A DNA stretch of 64,000 nt from Candidatus Binatia bacterium (GTDB lineage Bacteria; Desulfobacterota; Binatia; UBA9968; JAJDTQ01). Each line of letters begins with the position of its first letter. The stretch's first letter is position 1. A program made the position numbers and the translations under genes. The notes beneath the pieces were generated by a model. The model had not been told where the DNA came from. It saw nothing but the letters and a program-made list of their open reading frames with translations, and ran no database searches. The stretch covers positions 3,805,108 to 3,869,107 of the forward strand of contig OX638375.1 in NCBI GenBank assembly GCA_951813575.1, written 5' to 3'. Below, in pieces: positions 49,281 to 58,233 of the stretch.

Positions 49281-50141
49281 ATGGACCCGATCACGGACCC
49301 GATTGCCATTGACGTGCACGTGCACCTTTGCGATGAGCTGACCCTGAGCTCCAAGGGCGATCGCCCGAAGCAGATGGCGCAGTACTTCAAGCGGGAGCGC
49401 AAGCCCGTCTCCATCGACGAGATGGCGGACCAGTACCGCGAGCGCAACATGATGGCGGTGATACAGAACACCACCGACGAAACCATCACCGGGCTGACCC
49501 CGGTTCCCAACCAGCACGTGGCCGACGGCGTGAAGCGGAACCCGGACGTCTTCCTGGGCTTCGGCGTCATCGATCCGTGGCAGCAGAAGGTGGCGCTGCA
49601 GGAGATCCAGCGCATCAAGGACATGGGGCTGCACGGCGTGGGCGAGATCAACCCGGCCCGGCAGCAGTTCTTTCCCAACGACACCCGATTCTATCCCCTG
49701 TGGGAGGAATGCCAGAAGCTCGAGCTGCCGATCCTGTTCCACAGCGGCATGGCGGGCGCCGGCGCCGGCACCCCCGGCGGCATGGGCAACAAGCTCAAGT
49801 TCACCCAGCCGATCCATCTCGATGACGTGGCCGCCGATTTCCCCGAGCTGAAGATCATCTGCGCCCACCCGTCGTGGCCCTGGACGGCCGAGAGTCTCGC
49901 CATCGCCCGGCACAAGAGCAACTTCTACATCGACCTCTCGGGCTGGTCGCCCAAGTACTTCGCCGCCGAGCTGGTCCAGCAGGTGAACTCGATCCTTCAG
50001 GACAAGGCCATGTTCGGTTCCGACTGGCCGGCCATCGGCGTGGAGCGCTGGCTGGACGACTTCGAGAAGATCACCATCAAGCCCGAGGTCAAACAGAAGC
50101 TCATGCTGGACAACGCCAAGAAGTTCTTCGGCATGGACTGA
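49281..50141 (+). CDS. amidohydrolase_2 family protein
   Basis: IDVHVH, FYPLWE, FHSG, AHPSWPW, IDLSGW, FGSDWP, DNA. Confidence 0.92.
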   Translation: MDPITDPIAIDVHVHLCDELTLSSKGDRPKQMAQYFKRERKPVSIDEMADQYRERNMMAVIQNTTDETITGLTPVPNQHVADGVKRNPDVFLGFGVIDPWQQKVALQEIQRIKDMGLHGVGEINPARQQFFPNDTRFYPLWEECQKLELPILFHSGMAGAGAGTPGGMGNKLKFTQPIHLDDVAADFPELKIICAHPSWPWTAESLAIARHKSNFYIDLSGWSPKYFAAELVQQVNSILQDKAMFGSDWPAIGVERWLDDFEKITIKPEVKQKLMLDNAKKFFGMD

Positions 50142-50194
50142 GCGCCGTCGACAACCGCAGGGGCGGCCCGCCGGTCGCCCCTGCATCCTTTCCA

Positions 50195-51481
50195 ATGGCC
50201 ATCGAACTGATCAAGCCCGTTCCGCCGCCCGCTTCCCATGGCTTCCAGATCATGGCGAAGCCCACCGGCGCCATCTGCAATCTGGACTGCGTCTACTGCT
50301 ACTATCTCAAGAAGGAAGACCTCTATCCCGAGGCGAAGTCGTTCCGCATGGAGCACGACGTGCTGGAGGACTATATCGCCCAGCACATCGAGGCGTCCCC
50401 GGACCCGGTCGTGGACTTCGCCTGGCACGGCGGCGAGCCCACCATCCTGGGCCTCGACTACTTCCGCGAAGTCGTCGCGCTCCAGCGCAAGCACTGCCCG
50501 ACCGGGCGCAAGGTCCGTAACGGCATGCAGACCAACGGCGTCCTGCTCGACGAGGAGTGGTGCCGATTCTTCGCCGAGGAGGGTTTTTCCATCGGCCTGA
50601 GCATCGACGGCCCCGAGAAGCTCCACGACGAGTACCGCGTCACCAAGGGCCAGCAGCCCACCCACCGCAAGGTGGTGCAGGCGTACAAGCAACTCAAGGC
50701 CCACAAGGTGCCCTGTGACGTGCTGTGCGTGGTGCACGCCGGCAACGTCGGCCACCCCACCACGGTCTACCGCTACTTCAAAAGCCTGGGCGCCGACCAC
50801 CAGCAGTTCATCCCGCTGGTGGAGCCGGCGGGCGGGGACGCCGCGGTGAGCCCCCGCAGCGTGCCGGCGGAGGCCTTCGGCACGTTCCTTTGCGCGATCT
50901 TCGACGAGTGGATCCGCAACGACGTGGGCCGGGTGACCATCCAGATCTTCGACGAGGCGGCCCGCACCGGCCTCGGCATCGAGCATGCCCTCTGCATCTT
51001 CCGGGAGACCTGCGGCGACGTGCCGGTGGTGGAGCACAACGGCGACTTCTACTCCTGCGACCACTACGTGGACCCGGAGTACCGCGTCGGCAACATCCGG
51101 GAGACCTCGGTGGCGCGCATGGTCGACAGCGACGCCCAGCGGAAGTTCGGCCGCGACAAGTGGACGACGCTGCCCCGGTACTGCCGCGAGTGCGAGGTCC
51201 GCGCCCAGTGCAACGGCGGCTGCCCCAAGGACCGCTTCATCAAGACTCCGGACGGGGAGGACGGGCTCAACTACCTCTGCGCCGGCTACAAGAAGTTCTT
51301 CATCCACAGCCGCGAGCACCTGAACACCATGGCCGGCCTGTGGCAGGGCGGCGAGCCCATCGAGAAGGTCATGCGGCTGGTGCGGGAGGCTGACGCCGCC
51401 GCGCGCCCGGAAGCGGGCCGCAACGACGCCTGTCCCTGCGGCAGCGGGCGCAAGTACAAGCGCTGCTGCATGCCCCGATAG
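50195..51481 (+). CDS. anaerobic sulfatase maturase (radical SAM/SPASM) with SEC-C tail
   Basis: CNLDCVYCYY, WHGGEPT, QTNG, YSCDHYV, CRECEV..CNGGCPK, NYLC, CPCGSGRKYKRCC. Confidence 0.93.
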   Translation: MAIELIKPVPPPASHGFQIMAKPTGAICNLDCVYCYYLKKEDLYPEAKSFRMEHDVLEDYIAQHIEASPDPVVDFAWHGGEPTILGLDYFREVVALQRKHCPTGRKVRNGMQTNGVLLDEEWCRFFAEEGFSIGLSIDGPEKLHDEYRVTKGQQPTHRKVVQAYKQLKAHKVPCDVLCVVHAGNVGHPTTVYRYFKSLGADHQQFIPLVEPAGGDAAVSPRSVPAEAFGTFLCAIFDEWIRNDVGRVTIQIFDEAARTGLGIEHALCIFRETCGDVPVVEHNGDFYSCDHYVDPEYRVGNIRETSVARMVDSDAQRKFGRDKWTTLPRYCRECEVRAQCNGGCPKDRFIKTPDGEDGLNYLCAGYKKFFIHSREHLNTMAGLWQGGEPIEKVMRLVREADAAARPEAGRNDACPCGSGRKYKRCCMPR

Positions 51482-51504
51482 CCGCCCGTTTTCGCTACTT
51501 CAGA

Positions 51505-51607
51505 CTGTCACCTCCTCCGTCATTCCGCGCCTCCTCCAGTCATTCCGTGCCCCTCGGTCATTCCCGCGAAGGCATGTCCTCGACCCCGATCGGGGGCGGG
51601 AATCCAG
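51505..51607 (+). repeat. tandem GTCATTCC half-sites leading into an ATTCCC..GGGAAT REP with a nested hairpin
   Basis: GTCATTCC at 51519, 51539, 51557; GTCATTCCCGCGAAGGC..GCGGGAATCCAG with an inserted CCCCGATCGGGG. Confidence 0.7.
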
Positions 51608-51694
51608 GCGGGGTAAGACGGGGCGTCCCGTCGTTGCCCCCTCGGTTAACGCGTTCGTAGCAAGACTCATGTACAATAAGACCCAGGAGGGGCG

Positions 51695-53278
51695 ATGAAG
51701 AACGAAACGGAACCTGCCGCTTTTGCCGCCATCGACGTCGGTTCCAACGCCATGCGGATGAAGATCGTGGGGATGGAGCCGGACGGCTCCATCAAGACCT
51801 TGTGTCAGCAACGGGCGCCTGTCCGGCTGGGGCACGAGGTCTTCCTGACCGGGTTCCTCAACGAAGATCTGATACAGAGGGCCGTGGCAGCGTTCGGCGA
51901 GTTCCGCGAGGCCATCGACAAGTGGAAAGTGGCCTCCACACGCGCCATCGCCACCAGCGCCACCCGGGAAGCGATCAACGGCGACGTGCTGGTCGAGCGG
52001 GTGTTCAATCAAACAGGTATTCACCTGGAGCGGATTTCCGGCGCGGAGGAGGCGCGCCTGGTCCAACTCGCGGTCTCCCGCAGGTTGAACGTCCGCGACA
52101 AGACCGTGTTGGTCATCGACATCGGCGGCGGCAGCGTGGAGTTCGACATCATCGATCACGGCTCCATCGTCTACTCCAACAGCCTGCGCCTGGGGGCGGT
52201 GAGGATGCACGAGACGTTCCTTCGGAGCGACCGCGTCTCCGACCTCCAGGTACTGTTGCTGCGGGCCTACATGGACCAGTTGGTGGAAACGACCCTGAAC
52301 GCGGTCAACGAGCACGAGATCGACCTGATCATCGGCACCGGCGGCAACGTGGAAGACCTTGCCGCCCTCATCGGCACCGACTCCAACCGCGAGTCCGAGG
52401 GTGTCCCGAAGGACGTGCGCTTCATTCCGTTGCGGAACCTTCAGACCATGCTCAAGGAGCTTGCGCGGCTGAGCGTCGCGGAGCGTGAGGAGCAGTACGG
52501 CATGAAGCCGGATCGCGCCGACGTGGTGCTTCCCGCCGCCATCGTGCTGAGCGAGGTGGTGAGCAAGGTCCTGGGTTCACACGGACTGTACTCTCCGGAC
52601 GTGGGGCTCAAGGACGGCGTGCTGGTTGAGATCATCGACCGTTTCAAGCATTCCTGGGACGCGACGTCGGAGGAGACGGAGATCATCAAGGCGGCGGTGA
52701 CCCTGGGACAGAAGTACCACTTTCATCTGGGTCACGCCCGTCAGGTGCGTTACCTGGCGGAACTGTTGTTCGACCAATTGGCGCCGCTGCACGGCTTGCC
52801 CGCGGAGGCGCGGACGCTGCTACGGGTGGCGGCCACGCTGCACGACGTCGGGGATTTCGTGAATCTCTCTGCACACCACAAGCATTCCTTCTACCTCATC
52901 CGCAACTCGGAGATCGTCGGCCTCGGGTCGCGGCAGTTGGAACTCATCGCCAACGTCGCCCGCTATCATCGCAAGGCCTTCCCCAGCGCGCAGAAGCACG
53001 AGCCCTTTCGCACCTTGTCCGAATCCGAGCGGGAATGGGTCGTGAAGCTCGCCGCCATTCTCCGCGTCGCAGACGCACTGGACCATGAGCACCGGTCCAC
53101 CGTGGACGACATCAAGATCCGCATCCAGCGGCGGTCCGTCACCATCGACCTGCAGTCCATGGGGCCGTGCCTGCTGGAGCGCTGGCATCTGGACGAGAAG
53201 GGCCGTCTGTTCGAGGAGACCTTTGGCCGCGGTATCGAGCTGCTTGTGAACGGTCGTGACGATGACCGCGCGGCCTGA
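51695..53278 (+). CDS. ppx: Ppx/GppA phosphatase with HD domain
   Basis: IDVGSN, ATSATREA, EEA, DIGGGSVE, LHDVG, HHKHS. Confidence 0.93.
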   Translation: MKNETEPAAFAAIDVGSNAMRMKIVGMEPDGSIKTLCQQRAPVRLGHEVFLTGFLNEDLIQRAVAAFGEFREAIDKWKVASTRAIATSATREAINGDVLVERVFNQTGIHLERISGAEEARLVQLAVSRRLNVRDKTVLVIDIGGGSVEFDIIDHGSIVYSNSLRLGAVRMHETFLRSDRVSDLQVLLLRAYMDQLVETTLNAVNEHEIDLIIGTGGNVEDLAALIGTDSNRESEGVPKDVRFIPLRNLQTMLKELARLSVAEREEQYGMKPDRADVVLPAAIVLSEVVSKVLGSHGLYSPDVGLKDGVLVEIIDRFKHSWDATSEETEIIKAAVTLGQKYHFHLGHARQVRYLAELLFDQLAPLHGLPAEARTLLRVAATLHDVGDFVNLSAHHKHSFYLIRNSEIVGLGSRQLELIANVARYHRKAFPSAQKHEPFRTLSESEREWVVKLAAILRVADALDHEHRSTVDDIKIRIQRRSVTIDLQSMGPCLLERWHLDEKGRLFEETFGRGIELLVNGRDDDRAA

Positions 53279-53342
53279 CGGGTCCGTTCAGAGGCGGGTT
53301 TCACACCTCCCGTGCCCGCGTCCGGCCGACGGCCGATACGGC

Positions 53343-54029
53343 TCAGTTCAGGGTGCGTGAACCCGTGTCGGAAGGCGGTGCCGTCGTCTCGCCGCCGAAC
53401 TCCAGCAGACTGACGAGAATATTCTCCCGTTCTCCGACGGAGCCGGCCTCCAGGATTGCCTGCTTCTCCGATGGGTGGAACGGCATGGCCACTCCCAGGA
53501 AGTTGACGAGAGCGGTATCGGGTATCGGGTTGAGCTGATCCAGGTCGAGGGTCAGGCCGCGGCTCTCGGCGTAGCGGTCGATGGCCTTCGTGAGGCGTGG
53601 ACGGTCGATGGTCGGGGAGCCGGTCTCCTCCAGGTCGCCAAAACAGGCATAGTCGGGCCGCACGCGCCGGTAGCCCCGCTCCACCGACAGCTCTTCCTTG
53701 ACGCGGAAGCGGCTGATGCCCCGAAGCTGCACCATGTACCGGCCGTCGGAGGCCTTCTCCCAGCGTTCGATGTGTCCGGCACAGCCGACGGGGTAGAGCT
53801 CGGGTATGGTACGCTCCACTCCCGGCCGGGGGAAGTTGTCGTGCTGGGGAACGAATGGCTGGATCATGCCGAAAACGCCTTCCGCCTCGAGCGCATCGTG
53901 AACCATGTTCCGGTAGCGGGGCTCGAATATGTGCAGCGGCAGTCGTGTGCCGGGCAACAGCAGCACCCCGGTGAGCGGGAACACGGACAGGACCTCGGGC
54001 AACGAGACGGGTTCGTTTTTGTCTTCCAT
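53343..54029 (-). CDS. LON peptidase substrate-binding domain protein
   Basis: FPL..LLP..LPLHIFEPRYRNM, VGCAG, EKQAILE. Confidence 0.92.
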   Translation of the reverse strand: MEDKNEPVSLPEVLSVFPLTGVLLLPGTRLPLHIFEPRYRNMVHDALEAEGVFGMIQPFVPQHDNFPRPGVERTIPELYPVGCAGHIERWEKASDGRYMVQLRGISRFRVKEELSVERGYRRVRPDYACFGDLEETGSPTIDRPRLTKAIDRYAESRGLTLDLDQLNPIPDTALVNFLGVAMPFHPSEKQAILEAGSVGERENILVSLLEFGGETTAPPSDTGSRTLN

Positions 54030-54106
54030 GCGGCCTCCCCTCCTCGCTTGATTATAGAGCCCCTCCGGCGGCCGTCAACCGGGGGCCGTCTGCCGCGGAC
54101 CGGGGA

Positions 54107-54775
54107 TCACCCGTAGGCATCGTAGATGCCGTCGAACTTCGCCAGCTTGAAGCGGACCATGTTGCGGGCCGCGTGGGCGACCACCCGGCGGTCGCGCTCG
54201 GTGGTGCAGTAGCGCTCGACGACCCGCGCCGCCAATGCCGTGTGCTCCTGGTCCGCCACCGCGTGCACGGTGAAGAACTCCCGCTCATGATCGTCGATGC
54301 CGTATTTCTCGGCCAGGCAGGTGTCGAACTCGACGGCGTAGCGGCCCACCATGCTTTCGTTGACCAGCGCGCTGGTGCGGCTCTCGGCCGGCGAGCCCAG
54401 AAACATGCCCCTGAGGATGGCGGCCGCGTGGGCCTGGCATTCGAAGATGGGCAGGGCGTCGTCGAAGTCTTCTTCCGCGAGGCCGATGGCGAGGCCGAAA
54501 CGCTTCATGAGGTAGGGGTGCGTCTGCTCCTCGGTGAAGGCGTGGAGAAAGAGGTCGTAGAGCTCCTGGTTGTGCGCGTTCTTGGCCATGCACAGGGTGA
54601 ACCCCTTGTTGATGGCCACGTTCAGCAGATAGTGCTGCAGCGCGAAGCCCTGGAGGCGGCGGGTGGTCAGGGTGCCGCCGCGAAGGTCGGAGAAGTACCG
54701 GCTCTCCATCAGCCGGTTGATTCCCGGACGGATGATCTCTTCCACGATGGAGGCGACGAAGGCTTGGGTTGTCAT
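54107..54775 (-). CDS. heme-oxygenase-like di-iron protein (TenA/PqqC/CADD fold)
   Basis: EEQTH, NE and FFTVHAVADQEH ligand pattern. Confidence 0.8.
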   Translation of the reverse strand: MTTQAFVASIVEEIIRPGINRLMESRYFSDLRGGTLTTRRLQGFALQHYLLNVAINKGFTLCMAKNAHNQELYDLFLHAFTEEQTHPYLMKRFGLAIGLAEEDFDDALPIFECQAHAAAILRGMFLGSPAESRTSALVNESMVGRYAVEFDTCLAEKYGIDDHEREFFTVHAVADQEHTALAARVVERYCTTERDRRVVAHAARNMVRFKLAKFDGIYDAYG

Positions 54776-54788
54776 GACGCCCGCGAAC

Positions 54789-54953
54789 CTAGTGTCCTGT
54801 CTCACAAATTGCGTTATGAATCTGCGGGTCCTTTTTGCCGTCGGCTGCGTTGCTCTTCCTCGCGTGGTGCCCGCCACTGCTCGTCATCGCGCCTTGCCGA
54901 CAACAAAAATGCCCTCGCATCTTCATAACGCAATTTGTGAGACAGGACACTAG
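54789..54953. mobile_element. 165-bp MITE-like palindromic element
   Basis: Perfect 32-bp terminal inverted repeat CTAGTGTCCTGTCTCACAAATTGCGTTATGAA, further imperfect pairing inside, no ORF. Confidence 0.8.
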
Positions 54954-55079
54954 AAGAATCGCCGCGGTGCTGTCAAGCGGCGCCGTGCCTGCGGTTGAAG
55001 CCCAGGGCGAAACAGGGAATAGTAGCAGGCGTACCGTGCCGGGGCCGCCTCCAGGGCCTCGCCTGAAAGGAGCGCCATC

Positions 55080-56249
55080 ATGTGGAAGGGATTCAAGGTC
55101 ATCGACGCGGACGCGCACATGCACGAGCCGCACTACCTCTGGGAGCGCTACGTCGAACCCGCGTACCAGGACCAGGTGCCCAAGGTGGCGTTCATGGACG
55201 GCGCCTTCATGGTCTACGAGCCGGACGGCCGGATCATTCCCAAGACCGAGAAGCAGCCCAAGCTCCCGGCCACGGCGTGGGCGGACATGGAGGCGAAGTA
55301 CGGCGAGCAATACCGCACGTGGTGGTCCGCGGAGACCCGGCTCAAGGACATGGACACCCACGGCTGGGACGTCCAGGTGCTGCTGCCCACGGGCAACAAC
55401 GGCAACTTCGCCTACCGGGTGGCGCTCAAGGACGCCAAGCTGGGGGCCGCCATGTGCCGGGCCTACAACAACTGGTGCCGGGATTACTGCGACGCCGACC
55501 CCAAGCGCCTCAAGTTCGTGGCGGTGCTTCCGGGATCGGATACCGACGCCATGGTGGTGGAGGCCCGGCGGGCCGTGGAGGAGCTGGGAGCGGTGTCGGT
55601 GCGGAACCCGTTCCTGCCCGAGGGCCGGTGGCTGCACGAGCCCGAGTACGACGCGGTGTGGAAACTGGCCTGCGAGCTGGATTTCCCCATCTCCGTGCAT
55701 GGCGAATACCGCCAGCGCCGGTTCCACCCGTTTGCGGGCGGCAACCGCGGCAACGTAGACGATCGCAACATGCAGCAGCTCGCCCTGCGCGGCCTCGACC
55801 ACGCGCTGGGGTTCCCGTGCGACAACATGGCCACCATGGGCGAGTTCATCTTCACCGGCATCCTGGAGCGTTTCCCCAAACTGCGGCTGGGCATCCTCGA
55901 GTCCAACGTGGGCTGGGTGCCGTTCTGGCTCGGCCGCATGGACGAGCACACCCACGGGCGCAACAGCGTCATGGGCAACGCGGTGGAGCGTCTGCCGATG
56001 CTGCCCAGCGAGTATTTCATGCGCCAGATCACGGTGACCTGCGACAGCGACGAGCGCGCGCTGTCCTACGCCGTGGACCATCTGGGCGGCGACAACATCG
56101 CCTGGAACACCGACTATCCGCATCCGGACGCGCCGCGTCCCGAGAAGGCGCTGCCGGACCTGGACGCGCAGCCGATACCGGACGAGGCCAAGGCCAAGAT
56201 CCTGTGGGACAACGCGGTGACGCTGTTCGGTCCCCGCATCCTCGATTAG
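55080..56249 (+). CDS. amidohydrolase_2 family protein
   Basis: IDADAHMHE, RAYNNW, GILERFPKL, ESNVGWVP, TDYPHPD. Confidence 0.92.
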   Translation: MWKGFKVIDADAHMHEPHYLWERYVEPAYQDQVPKVAFMDGAFMVYEPDGRIIPKTEKQPKLPATAWADMEAKYGEQYRTWWSAETRLKDMDTHGWDVQVLLPTGNNGNFAYRVALKDAKLGAAMCRAYNNWCRDYCDADPKRLKFVAVLPGSDTDAMVVEARRAVEELGAVSVRNPFLPEGRWLHEPEYDAVWKLACELDFPISVHGEYRQRRFHPFAGGNRGNVDDRNMQQLALRGLDHALGFPCDNMATMGEFIFTGILERFPKLRLGILESNVGWVPFWLGRMDEHTHGRNSVMGNAVERLPMLPSEYFMRQITVTCDSDERALSYAVDHLGGDNIAWNTDYPHPDAPRPEKALPDLDAQPIPDEAKAKILWDNAVTLFGPRILD

Positions 56250-56252
56250 CAC

Positions 56253-57713
56253 ATGGACGAGATTCGATTCGTAGACACCACGTTGCGCGACGGGCACCAG
56301 AGCCTGTGGGCCGAGCGCATGACCACCGGCATGATGCTGCCCGTGGCCGGCACCATGGACGAGGCCGGGTTCGACGCCATCGAGCTGATGTCCGCCTCGC
56401 ACCTCAAGAAGTGCGTGCGCGAGCTCAGGGAGGACCCCTGGGACCGGGTGCGGATGGTGGCCGAGCGGGTCACCCGTACGCCGCTGCGGCTGATGGCGGG
56501 CCGGGTCAACGCGTTCGAGATCACCCCGGTGTCGGTCTACGAGCTGTTCATCGAGCGGATGGCAGCCAACGGCATCCGCCAGGCGCGCATCTCCGAGGAA
56601 TGGAACGAGCTGGAAGGGTGGACGCGCAAGGTCCGCATCGCCCGCAAGAACGGCCTCCAGCCCATCGTCAACCTCATCTACTCGGTGTCGCCGAAGCACA
56701 CCGACGAGTACTACGCGCGGAAGACCCGGGAGGCCGCTTCCCTGGGCGTGCCGTTCCTCTGCCTCAAGGATCCCGGCGGCCTGCTGACCCCCGAGCGCAC
56801 CCGCACCTTGGTGCCCATGATCTTCGAGAACGCCGGCGGCATCCCGGTGGAGCTGCACACCCACTGCACCACCGGGCTGGGGCCCCTGTGTTGTCTGGAG
56901 GCGGTGAAGCTCGGCATCCGCACGGTGAACACCGCGGTGCCGCCGCTGGCCAATGCCTCCTCCAACCCTTCCGTCTTCAGCGTCGCCGCCAACCTGCGCG
57001 CCTTGGGCTACACCTGTGCCGTGGACACCGATGCCCTGGAAGAGGTGTCGGAGTTCTTCACAGCGGTGGCCCGGCAGGAAGGCTTTCCCATGGGCGCGCC
57101 GGTGGAATACGACTACGCCCAGTACCAGCACCAGGTGCCCGGCGGCATGATCTCGAACCTGCGCCACCAGCTCGCCAAGGTGGGCCTGGAGCACAAGGCG
57201 GAGGAGGCGTTGGAAGAGGTAGTGCGGGTGCGGGCGGATCTCGGCTACCCCATCATGGTGACGCCGCTCTCGCAGTTCGTCGGGAGCCAGGCCGCCATCA
57301 ACGTCATCGTCGGCGCCCGCTACGAGGAGGTCACCGACCAGATCATCCAGTACGCGCTGGGGTTGTGGGGCCGGGAAGGCGCGGGAACCATGGACCCCGA
57401 CGTCAAGCACAAGATCCTGGACCGGCCTCGCGGCCAGGAGATGGCCCGCTGGGAGCCCCCCGACCTGACCATCGAAGAGGTACGGCGCAAGCTCGGCGGC
57501 CCGGGCGTCACCGACGAGGAGTTGCTGCTGCGGTGGATGCTTAGCGAGGAAGAGATCGCCGTCATGCGCGCGGCCGGCCCGCCGCGGGAGTACCTGAACG
57601 CCCGCTCCTCCACGGTGGCGCTGATGGAGCAGCTCACCGACCGCGGCCGCTACGCGGGCATTCGCGTTAGCCGGCCGGGCCTGTCGCTGTCGTTGCAGAA
57701 GGGCGGGGCGTGA
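56253..57713 (+). CDS. pyruvate carboxylase subunit B/oxaloacetate decarboxylase alpha-like carboxyltransferase without biotinyl domain
   Basis: DTTLRDGHQSLWA, EDPWDR, KDPGGLL, HTHCT, HQVPGGM, YPIMVTPLSQ; no AMKM. Confidence 0.88.
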   Translation: MDEIRFVDTTLRDGHQSLWAERMTTGMMLPVAGTMDEAGFDAIELMSASHLKKCVRELREDPWDRVRMVAERVTRTPLRLMAGRVNAFEITPVSVYELFIERMAANGIRQARISEEWNELEGWTRKVRIARKNGLQPIVNLIYSVSPKHTDEYYARKTREAASLGVPFLCLKDPGGLLTPERTRTLVPMIFENAGGIPVELHTHCTTGLGPLCCLEAVKLGIRTVNTAVPPLANASSNPSVFSVAANLRALGYTCAVDTDALEEVSEFFTAVARQEGFPMGAPVEYDYAQYQHQVPGGMISNLRHQLAKVGLEHKAEEALEEVVRVRADLGYPIMVTPLSQFVGSQAAINVIVGARYEEVTDQIIQYALGLWGREGAGTMDPDVKHKILDRPRGQEMARWEPPDLTIEEVRRKLGGPGVTDEELLLRWMLSEEEIAVMRAAGPPREYLNARSSTVALMEQLTDRGRYAGIRVSRPGLSLSLQKGGA

Positions 57714-57747
57714 CCGGACCCGTGGACCGTCCCGGAAAGGAGACCCC

Positions 57748-58233
57748 ATGCCGGACCTGTTGACCCTCGGCCGTTCCGTGGGCGAGCTGCTCAAGGAGAG
57801 GAACGAGACCGTGGCGGTGGCCGAATCGTCCACCGGCGGATTGATCTCCGCCGCGCTGCTGTCGCTGCCCGGCGCCTCGGCGTATTTCGTAGGGGGCGGC
57901 GTGATCTACACCCGTCACGCCCGGGCGGGCCTGCTGATGATGCCCGAGAGCGAGGTAACGGTACGCGGCAGCACCGAGCCTTACGCGCTGAACATGGCGC
58001 GGCTGATCCAGGGGCGCCTGAACACCACCTGGGGCCTCTCGGAGAGCGGCGCCACGGGCCCCGCCGGGAACCGGTACGGCGACGCCGCCGGACACAGTTG
58101 CATGGCCATCGTCGGACCGGTGGACAAGGCCATCACCGTCGAGACCGGCGACGCGGACCGGGAAGCCAACATGTGGGCCTTCACCAAGGCCGCATTGGCG
58201 TTGCTCGAAGACGCGCTCCGGCAAACCCCATGA
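57748..58233 (+). CDS. CinA/PncC family protein
   Basis: AESSTGGL, PGASAYF.GG, GATGP. Confidence 0.9.
   Translation: MPDLLTLGRSVGELLKERNETVAVAESSTGGLISAALLSLPGASAYFVGGGVIYTRHARAGLLMMPESEVTVRGSTEPYALNMARLIQGRLNTTWGLSESGATGPAGNRYGDAAGHSCMAIVGPVDKAITVETGDADREANMWAFTKAALALLEDALRQTP

Noticed and set aside
54789-57833. 1014-aa minus-strand ORF and similar long antisense ORFs (e.g. 14497-16377, 32509-34326, 44531-46255)
   Set aside because: Shadow frames of well-supported genes in high-GC DNA, with no motifs
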